From Syntrophorhabdaceae bacterium (GTDB taxonomy: Bacteria; Desulfobacterota; Syntrophorhabdia; Syntrophorhabdales; Syntrophorhabdaceae): DNA of 64,000 nt. The translations under genes and the position numbers were made by a program. The stretch spans positions 288,001-352,000 of the forward strand of contig CAXXUO010000002.1 in assembly GCA_963666485.2 (NCBI GenBank). The letters run 5' to 3'. Position 1 is the stretch's first letter. The number at the start of each line of letters is the position of its first letter. Below, piece by piece: positions 56,708 to 64,000 of the stretch. The notes under the pieces were generated by a model, which was not told the DNA's origin, did not search any database, and saw only the letters and a program-made list of their open reading frames with translations.

Positions 56708-57883
56708 TTATGAAAAATTACGGAATATGTCACGTGCAATGACTATTCTCTGCACCTGGTTCGTGCCTTCATATATCTGGGTCGCCTTTGCGTCGCGCAT
56801 CATTCTCTCGACCGGGTATTCCTTGGTGTACCCGTATCCGCCAAGGATCTGGACCGCATCGGTCGTTACCTTCATGGCCACGTCGGCGGAATAGACCTTT
56901 GCCATGGCAGAGAGTTTGTCGACGCCTATGGCACTCATCTTGTCGCGCTCGTACACCTTCATATCGAGCAGGTGCGCGGCATCGTAGACGAGGGCCCGGG
57001 CCGCCTCGACCCCTGTCGCCATATCGGCGACCATGAACTGGATCCCTTCGAAATCGGCGAGCTTCTGGCCGAACTGGACCCTTTTCCAGGCATACTCCAC
57101 GGCAAAATCGAGGGCACCCTGCGCCAGGCCGACTGCCTGCGCACCGACGGCGGGCCGTGACAGGTTGAGGGTCGACATCGCGATGTCCCATCCCTGCCCT
57201 TCCTTGCCGAGGAGGTTGTGCTTTTCCAGGCGGACATTGTCGAAGATCAACTCCGTTATATCGGAGCCGATCATGCCCATCTTGTCTTCGCTCTTGCCGA
57301 TAACGACCCCGGGGTAATCCTTTTCGACGTAGAAGGCGGATATGCCCTCTGTCCGCTTTGCCGGGTTCGTGGCGGCAAAGACCGTGTAGAACTGGGCGTT
57401 TGCCCCGTTCGTTATCATTGATTTCTTGCCGTTGAGGTAATAGTGGTCGCCCTCCTTTACCGCCCGCGTCCTCATGTGCGAGGCATCGGAGCCCGCATCC
57501 GGTTCCGTCAGGGCGAAAGCGACGAGGTACATTTTATCGGGTTCACATATCTTGTTGTAGATGTATTCCTTCTGTTCGTCATTTGCCGAGACCATGATGG
57601 GCATGATACCGACATTGTGTGCAAGGGGGATAAGGGACGACGCACCGGACACCTTGGCCAGTTCTTCGATGACAAGGCACAGCGACGTGATGTCGCCGTC
57701 GAGCCCACCGAACTTCTCGGGGAGCATCATGTAGAGGAAACCGTGCTTCTTGTATATGTCCACCAGGTCCCAGGGGAACGATCCGGTCTTGTCGATCTCT
57801 TTTGCCCGGGGAGCGACCTTTTCCTTGGCTAATTTCTCGGCAATTTTCTGGATCATGCCGTGCTTGTCCGAAAGATTGAGCAT
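56708..57883 (-). CDS. acyl-CoA dehydrogenase (short-chain/butyryl- or cyclohexanecarbonyl-CoA type)
   Basis: FALTEPDAGSD, LNGKK.MITNG, EDKMG, R.QFG, QILGGYGY.KEYPVERMMRDAK.TQIYEGTNQ. Confidence 0.95.
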   Translation of the reverse strand: MLNLSDKHGMIQKIAEKLAKEKVAPRAKEIDKTGSFPWDLVDIYKKHGFLYMMLPEKFGGLDGDITSLCLVIEELAKVSGASSLIPLAHNVGIMPIMVSANDEQKEYIYNKICEPDKMYLVAFALTEPDAGSDASHMRTRAVKEGDHYYLNGKKSMITNGANAQFYTVFAATNPAKRTEGISAFYVEKDYPGVVIGKSEDKMGMIGSDITELIFDNVRLEKHNLLGKEGQGWDIAMSTLNLSRPAVGAQAVGLAQGALDFAVEYAWKRVQFGQKLADFEGIQFMVADMATGVEAARALVYDAAHLLDMKVYERDKMSAIGVDKLSAMAKVYSADVAMKVTTDAVQILGGYGYTKEYPVERMMRDAKATQIYEGTNQVQRIVIARDIFRNFS

Positions 57884-57993
57884 CCGTTGAACCTCCTTAC
57901 ATGTTTCAATCCGCCCGCAGAATGTACCAGGGGATAAGGCGATCAGTTGAAACAGGTTATAATTTATAATTTGATCACACGATTATGGTTCGA

Positions 57994-58902
57994 TTAACTG
58001 CGAACCACGGTCTCGGGAACGAGCCACGTGTTGTTTCCGTCACTTTCGGGTACAGCACGCTTAACACTTATATCTCCTATTTCCTGGTCAGGCGTTGCAG
58101 CAAATTTGCATCTCTTGACGTGCACAAAATCCGGGATGATAGAGCCATCGGGTATCGTGCTGTATTCCTCCACGACGACCCCGTGGCCTATCCGGCAATT
58201 ACTGCCTACCTTTGCCCCGTAATGAACAATAGTATCGACCCCGGTTCGGGTATTGTCTCCCACTTCGACGTCTACCGACAATCTATTCTGAAAGCCGATG
58301 ATCGCATTTTTTCCTATTTTCACACCGGGAGCAAGGCAGGACCGCGCCTGGATCTGTGTATTGTCACCGATAACAAGCTTTTTTAATATATGGATATTCG
58401 CATCCAGGGCGAGGTGAGTGGATAAAAGGACCTCGGACCCAATGGCTGCTTTTTTTCCGATATAGATGAGATTGTTGCAATCCTGCATATCGACAGTTTC
58501 CGCAAAGTACGTGGAATAGCTCAGATTGACGCGCAGCAGCCTGAAAAATAAAAATCTGATAGTCTTGTTATAGAAAAGGTACTGACGCAAAAAGAGAAAT
58601 ACGTACGAATAGAAATTCCAGTTCAATCTCCACATCACATGTCTTGCGGAATTGACTCGGTATCGTCCTTCCCTGAGGGGCCGGACAAAGATCCTGAATA
58701 AACACCCGGTTACAAGTATGTAAATATTCACAAATATCAGGGCGCAAAGAACGATCACCGCCACCACATGCAAATGTTGTATTAAGAAATTAAACGCCAG
58801 TATGGTGAAATATGTAGTTATAGACAATACCGCAGCTATTCCGGCAAGCCAGGTCATCTCGCCGAAAAACTGGTCTAAGAAAACTCTCTTTACGATATTC
58901 AC
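57994..58902 (-). CDS. membrane-anchored hexapeptide-repeat (left-handed beta-helix) acyltransferase-like protein
   Basis: Two N-terminal TM helices, then repeats IGDNTQI, GVKIGKNAII, VEVGDNT, AKVGSNCRIG; GTG start after GGAGG; AT-rich. Confidence 0.75.
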   Translation of the reverse strand: MNIVKRVFLDQFFGEMTWLAGIAAVLSITTYFTILAFNFLIQHLHVVAVIVLCALIFVNIYILVTGCLFRIFVRPLREGRYRVNSARHVMWRLNWNFYSYVFLFLRQYLFYNKTIRFLFFRLLRVNLSYSTYFAETVDMQDCNNLIYIGKKAAIGSEVLLSTHLALDANIHILKKLVIGDNTQIQARSCLAPGVKIGKNAIIGFQNRLSVDVEVGDNTRTGVDTIVHYGAKVGSNCRIGHGVVVEEYSTIPDGSIIPDFVHVKRCKFAATPDQEIGDISVKRAVPESDGNNTWLVPETVVRS

Positions 58903-59089
58903 CCCAATCGCCTCCGTGAGGAATTATAATAACTCTAATCTCGCCGAGAATTCCGTAGTCACATATTTAGTTTTTGTTGTTTATGTTGAGTTCCAATCCA
59001 ATGAGAATTATACGGACAAATCCAAGAAACTGTAATATCAATTGATTGTACTAAAAATGTATAAAGTATTGATACATTGTTAAATCGGG

Positions 59090-59188
59090 ATGTCGTTGCC
59101 GTATATCATTGAAATCCCCCGCGAAGATGCCGAGAAGATCCAGGCTGTCGGCGATGTCATAGAATATATAAAGAACCGTTTAGCTTGA
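59090..59188 (+). pseudogene. acyl carrier protein C-terminal fragment
   Basis: Reads ...IEIPREDAEKIQAVGDVIEYIKNRLA*, matching the AcpP C-terminus (IEIPDEDAEKI.TV.D...YI); the N-terminal half with the DSL phosphopantetheine serine is absent. Confidence 0.75.
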
Positions 59189-59260
59189 AAGGCTTTCAAA
59201 ACCAGCCGCTTCAGTGGCCCGGCGCCGGGTTATTAAGGTCCGATAACAGAATATTGATAC

Positions 59261-60439
59261 TTATTTAATTGAATCGAGATGTTGTTGCAGGTTTATTTTC
59301 CGACCATTCAATTGAAGCTTCGACCGTATCCTGTTCCTGTACACATTGACAGCAGACGGTGCTACACCTATGGTCGCGGCAATTTCCTTCGTCGTTTTGC
59401 CATCCTTTATTAAAGATGCAATCTGCATTTCCCGCGGCGTGAAATTATATTGCTGCAAAGTATGCAGGAAAGGTGAGATAAGCTTGGTGAGATTTTCTTC
59501 GATTATCGAAATATATGACCTGCATTCAGGGGTTAAACGTTCTTTCTTGATCTTATCCAGATACGGGATTATTATTTTTTTCGTATTGGCGGCGAAGAGC
59601 TCTTCCATTTCCTTTTTTTCTTCGGATATGTTCCGCAACAAAATCTTCAATGCAGTATTTACTTCTGTCAGAGACTGCGTTTTATTTTCCAACTCTTCGA
59701 TTATTATTTTACTTTTGGTAATATCCTGAACAAAACCGCTCATGCATGTTTTTTTCCCTCTACGTTTTTGAATCATGCCGGCAGCCCGTATCCATCGAAC
59801 TTCACCGTCCTTTCTTCGAATACAGCATTCCAGGTCAATATCTGATCGACCGGCCAGAACTTCCCTGAAAGACGTTTCAATCATCTCCCTGTGTTCAGGT
59901 ATGACATGTGCGAGGAATGTCTCATAGGTAAAATAAGGGACCGTCTCGTCATAGCCAAAGATCAGGTCGCATTCGTGTGAACCGGTTAATATTTTATCCT
60001 CAAGGTTGAAATCCCAGGCGCCCATACGGTTCATTCGCAACGCGAAGCCCAGTATGTCCTGGCTGTTCAAAAATAACTCTTCCACCGTCCTGCGTTCAGT
60101 AATATCCCTGATAAATATTGATACACCGCCCCTTCCCCACGGAAAGCAGCGGTATTCAAGAAAACGGTCTTGAATTTCCTGGTGATGGTAAAATTCCCTT
60201 ATTTCTCCCGATGCGGCGATGCGAAATTCCATTTCCCGTGACGTACCCGCGATATCCGGGAGTACCTCCCAAAGTTCCTGTCCGAGTGCTTCAGTTCGCT
60301 CTATTCCCAGTAAATTTGCCGCCGCCTCATTGACAAACCTCAGGCGCCACGATGAATCACAGGAAAAAACTCCATCTGTGAGGCAGTTAAATGTAGTTTC
60401 AAGATCTGTCGCTTCAATGTCGAATGCGGGTTTGTTCAC
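59261..60439 (-). CDS. PAS-PAS-LuxR HTH transcriptional regulator
   Basis: Two PAS/PAC domains (FVNEAAA.LLG; MGAWDF...DGEVRWI), coiled coil L.EVNTALKILL, HTH FTPREMQIA.LI..GKTTKEIA...YRNRIRSKL. Confidence 0.9.
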   Translation of the reverse strand: MNKPAFDIEATDLETTFNCLTDGVFSCDSSWRLRFVNEAAANLLGIERTEALGQELWEVLPDIAGTSREMEFRIAASGEIREFYHHQEIQDRFLEYRCFPWGRGGVSIFIRDITERRTVEELFLNSQDILGFALRMNRMGAWDFNLEDKILTGSHECDLIFGYDETVPYFTYETFLAHVIPEHREMIETSFREVLAGRSDIDLECCIRRKDGEVRWIRAAGMIQKRRGKKTCMSGFVQDITKSKIIIEELENKTQSLTEVNTALKILLRNISEEKKEMEELFAANTKKIIIPYLDKIKKERLTPECRSYISIIEENLTKLISPFLHTLQQYNFTPREMQIASLIKDGKTTKEIAATIGVAPSAVNVYRNRIRSKLQLNGRKINLQQHLDSIK

Positions 60440-60731
60440 TGAATTAACAACTTTGACATCTCTTCAAAGTAATACCTCATGCACTATGAAATCTGCTTTC
60501 CCTGAACCTAGCATAAAATTCCGGGATAATCCATAAAAAGCTACACAAATTCATTACGATGTAGATTCGACCCAATAATGTTCGTAGATATTATAAGAAT
60601 TCACAGGTGTGAAGCACAGTGTAATTCAGACGATGCAAATATTGCTTTAAAACAACTACATAATAATGCTTCATTTTATGTCGTCGCTTATGTACAGTGT
60701 AAGTAGATTCATCTCTCCTAAGGGGTATAGT

Positions 60732-61382
60732 ATGATCTCAATTTATCTGGCAGACGATCATGTCATGTTCAGGCAGGGCTTAAGACTTCTTCTCGAAAAA
60801 CAGGAGAATATGACAGTCGTCGGGGAAGCCTCCAACGGCCGTGACGCTTACCGGGACATAGTGAAGAAAAAACCCGATGTCGCAGTGCTCGATATCATCA
60901 TGGAGGGTATGAACGGGATAGACGCTGCCGAAGCGGTCCGCAAAGAGTGCCCGGCCACCCGGGTTATTATACTTACGATGAATTCGTCCCAGGAACATAT
61001 CTCGCGGGCTTTGAAGGCCGGCGCCTCGGCCTACCTGCTCAAGGAATTTGCCGGTGAAGAACTGGTTCGGGCGATCAATGACGTGCACGCCGGAAAGCAG
61101 TATTTTAATTTTTCGGAGAATGCGTCGGCCATCGACGAGTATGTCATGGAGGGGGCTACGCAGAAAGATGGGGACGTTCTGTCCCTGCTATCGCTCCGCG
61201 AAAGGGAAATACTTCAGCTCATCGCCGAGGGGAAGTCGAACCGCAAGATTGGCGATATTCTCTTCCTTGCACCCAGCACGATTGCTACCTACCGTCACCG
61301 CATAATGCAGAAATTGAAGTTCAAGGACCAATCCGATCTCATAAAATTCGCAATCAGGCGGGGACTGATCAAACAGGAATAA
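60732..61382 (+). CDS. NarL-family response regulator, close paralogue of 29937-30590
   Basis: LADDHVMFRQG, VLDIIM, LTMNSSQEHI, LSLREREI, LFLAPSTIATYRHRIM; start set to MISIY. Confidence 0.95.
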   Translation: MISIYLADDHVMFRQGLRLLLEKQENMTVVGEASNGRDAYRDIVKKKPDVAVLDIIMEGMNGIDAAEAVRKECPATRVIILTMNSSQEHISRALKAGASAYLLKEFAGEELVRAINDVHAGKQYFNFSENASAIDEYVMEGATQKDGDVLSLLSLREREILQLIAEGKSNRKIGDILFLAPSTIATYRHRIMQKLKFKDQSDLIKFAIRRGLIKQE

Positions 61383-61551
61383 CCCTTTTTTCCAACCCCC
61401 CCCCCGATCGGTCATCTCATAAATCAATAACAGACTACGCCAATCGTATACGGTTGTTTACTCACAAAGCGCGGCTTTTTGTGTAGAATCTACCCGTTTT
61501 ACAAAGTGGCGCGTAGAAAATCAATAAACGAAAAATCATAAAGGAGCCTGA

Positions 61552-61740
61552 ATGAAACAGAAAGAACATAACGGTGCGGCACATAACACAATGTCCCTTA
61601 CGGAAATGTTCTGTAAACGTCATCCCGCTACGTTTATGGAACCGCGATTTGCAGGCGACCGGGTATTCTGGGAATGCCCGGCTTGCGAGCGGGAATTCTA
61701 TTATGAAAGAAAAATCACGGAAAGGAACGACAATGAATAA
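61552..61740 (+). CDS. small putative zinc-ribbon protein (62 aa)
   Basis: AAGGAG RBS; CKRH...WECPAC motif; its stop overlaps the HU start (ATGAATAA). Confidence 0.55.
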   Translation: MKQKEHNGAAHNTMSLTEMFCKRHPATFMEPRFAGDRVFWECPACEREFYYERKITERNDNE

Positions 61741-62008
61741 GACAGACCTTGCATATACGATCGCCGAAAAACTGAATATTCCAAAAGTACAGGCCGGGCA
61801 GGCTATTTCGGCTGTATTTGACGCAATCGCCGAAGCATTGAAAAGAGGTGAAAAAGCGCAGTTTATCGGATTCGGTACATTCTCCATATCCAGGAGAAAA
61901 GCGCGCGCGGCAAGAAATCCCCGTACCGGGGAAAAAATTGAGATTCCCGCAAAGAACACGATCAAGTTCAAGGCAGGGAAAGAACTCGATCATCATATCG
62001 AACGTTAA
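61733..62008 (+). CDS. hup: HU-family DNA-binding protein
   Basis: MNKTDL..IAEK, L..GEK..FIGFGTF, RKAR.ARNPRTGEKI.IPAK...KFKAGKEL. Confidence 0.95.
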   Translation: MNKTDLAYTIAEKLNIPKVQAGQAISAVFDAIAEALKRGEKAQFIGFGTFSISRRKARAARNPRTGEKIEIPAKNTIKFKAGKELDHHIER

Positions 62009-62080
62009 ACTCCTCCTTATGACCGGGACCCTGCACGACATTCCGATGGCGGAAGGCAGGGCCCGGATCCAACTCCAGGA

Positions 62081-62860
62081 TTGATGGAAACAGGATCAGC
62101 AATGAAAGTTACTCATACCGCCGTAAAACATTCTTTCGAATATCGCAATGAGCTAAAGCTCTGCGAAACCTCGCGGGACCTTACCGTGACATTGCTAATA
62201 AATGATTTTTTGAGTATTTCCTATTCTCCCGAGGATGCCTGTATTGCGCTGGCCATGAGAGATGTCTTGTTGGACAGTTATAACTACGTGAAAAACTGGT
62301 TTCACTATGGCAGCAATCTTATAATCGAGCTGCGGGTAACGCCTCTTGATGATGCACAAGGTATCACGCCTCTTCCCTGTAATACACCATATCGTTTTTC
62401 GTTGGAGGTGCACGATTGGAAAAATATTATTACTTTCCCGTCCCCACGATCCCCGGGCCACAACAAGAATATTAATTTCTTTTCCGGTCTCCTGGCTCAC
62501 CTGATTGCGCATCATTTTATTACCGCTATCTCGGGGACGGCCAGTTACCACACCGAACCCCGGCGTTATCCGAACGTGCCCGTCTGGCTGGAAGAAGGGT
62601 TGTGCCTGGCAATACAGGGTGAGATTGATCAAGATTTTCGGCATCTGTGTTTTCGTAAGATGCAGGATGTTACTGCCTGGCCCGACCTGAGGCATATAGG
62701 GAACAATCTGCCTTCATGCAGCAATCTGTCGGTGGCCCATTTGCAGGCGTATTGGAACGTATACCAAGTCCTGCGGGCTGGACGAAAATCCGAAATACTG
62801 CGCCTGCTGCGCCAGAACAGGCTTCACCATGTCAATTGGAAGACTCTGATAGATCCATGA
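62081..62860 (+). CDS. peptidase MA (gluzincin)-like protein with degenerate HExxH
   Basis: LLAHLIAHHF followed by PVWLEEGLC; start uncertain (62081/62084/62102). Confidence 0.6.
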   Translation: MMETGSAMKVTHTAVKHSFEYRNELKLCETSRDLTVTLLINDFLSISYSPEDACIALAMRDVLLDSYNYVKNWFHYGSNLIIELRVTPLDDAQGITPLPCNTPYRFSLEVHDWKNIITFPSPRSPGHNKNINFFSGLLAHLIAHHFITAISGTASYHTEPRRYPNVPVWLEEGLCLAIQGEIDQDFRHLCFRKMQDVTAWPDLRHIGNNLPSCSNLSVAHLQAYWNVYQVLRAGRKSEILRLLRQNRLHHVNWKTLIDP

Positions 62861-62938
62861 ATCATTGGATACATCCTTATAAACATGCATCGCGATTTGA
62901 GCATCCGAACGCTCAGATCGTGTGACGATCGAATCTGC

Positions 62939-62970
62939 AAAAAAATGGGCCTCCTGAAAAGAGGCCCATT
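62939..62970 (-). terminator. intrinsic terminator of the porin paralogue
   Basis: Stem AATGGGCCTC-CTGAAAA-GAGGCCCATT with a T run on the minus strand. Confidence 0.75.
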
Positions 62971-62987
62971 CGGTATTCAATTTAGTT

Positions 62988-63908
62988 CTAAAAGAAGTAC
63001 CAGGCCGCCAACCGGTATTGGTCAATGTGTCCGGTGCGGTCTTCTGAATCCTTGAATCCGATCGCGGGAAAATAATATGACCTGTTGTACCCGGTGAACA
63101 TCGTCATCCACTGGAGACCCAATCGAAGTGATTCATTCGCATCCCACAGCAGGTTGACGCCGTAGGTCTGCATCATGTTGACGTTGTCCGGCATAAAATC
63201 GCGTGCATCGGAACTGTACTTATATTTCAGATAACCAAACATGCCATTAACCGACAATGTATCCGTCAGCCACCAGGAAAGCTGGGCGAACGCTCCAAAG
63301 ACCATCGGCGCATTGGCCTCGCTTGTCCTGAAGTTCCTCCAGTACGAACCATTGCTCGGCCCGCCCGGCATCATCCAGTTGTTTCCCGCGACGTTCTGTC
63401 CATAAAAGAAATTACCGTTCAAAAGGAGGGACATCGTTTTGTCGCCCGCTTTCTCCGGGACAAGGGGAATACTGTAGCGGAAAGCCGTCAACCACGCGTC
63501 AAGCGTGTCGTCCCTATAGTCGCGCGCCCTGGTTATGGGGGGCCATATCTTCTTTTCCTTCCCGAAGTATGCACCTAAGGCAAACTTCAGGTTGTTCGGT
63601 CCGATCTTACCGCACCTGTCGGTCCAGTATGCTATTTCGCCCTGCAATCCCGGCCAGCCGCTCCGTGCGTAGCCGTCGTTGTACTGACGAATGTTATCTG
63701 CCCCTGACCATTCCGTTGCCGACGTGACACCGGCCATGATATTAAATTCTTTCGTGAAGAAATAACGCAATGCCGCCTGCGGCGTCCTGTTGCCGCCGAG
63801 ATACTGACCGAAATCATTATTGCCAAGGGCGGCGTTATAGTAAGGCATGCCCCACTGCTGCCAGTTCTGGCCAATCATCAATTCAGCGGATTGCCAGTTC
63901 AAGGACAT
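62988..63908 (-). pseudogene. 5'-truncated paralogue of the DcaP-like porin at 20545-21837
   Basis: Highly similar from MSLNW..AELM.GQNWQQWGMPYYNA to DQYRLAAWYFF; the signal peptide and first about 120 aa are missing, and upstream DNA (63910-64000) is unrelated. Confidence 0.8.
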
Positions 63909-64000
63909 GACATCCCGGTGTCGTCCGGGTTAGTATTGGAGGCCGCATTTTTTAAGATATTGATGTAATGAAGCTCTTTTTTTTGAGAAACATTGAATCT

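Noticed and set aside
61396..61405. C10 tract as a phase-variation switch
   Set aside because: It is intergenic, just after a stop codon, and I cannot place it within a promoter.
1..64000. Archaeal origin of the whole window
   Set aside because: The autotransporter, porins, lipoprotein signals, HU, NarL/LuxR regulators and sigma70/ModE signals indicate a diderm bacterium.

Overview
A gene-dense 64 kb segment from a Gram-negative, probably anaerobic bacterium (autotransporter, porin, HU and NarL regulators; a Desulfobacterota/syntroph-like affiliation is only an inference). I found no rRNA, tRNA, CRISPR array or transposase. Left: a minus-strand central-metabolism run (cfa, glutamate dehydrogenase, FMN alpha-hydroxy-acid oxidase, aconitase, citrate synthase, succinate-semialdehyde dehydrogenase, ThDP enzyme) that resembles the 2-oxoglutarate decarboxylase/SSADH bypass. 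Next come a ModE-boxed orphan modA, an iota-type carbonic anhydrase-like lipoprotein, a 1921-aa repeat autotransporter and a porin. Centre: two convergent operons, ABC exporter + methanogenesis marker 11 homologue + fused anti-sigma-kinase/GNAT, facing a split kinase + GNAT + MFS exporter. A REP-like palindrome lies between them, and a NarL regulator with a doubly frameshifted PAS kinase lies beside them. Right: many transporters, a guanine deaminase with a signal peptide, an MtxX (methanogenesis marker 4) homologue divergent from a gltP-permease-abfD-cat2 4-hydroxybutyrate operon, and several gene remnants. The most striking observation is two methanogen-marker proteins embedded in bacterial operons.
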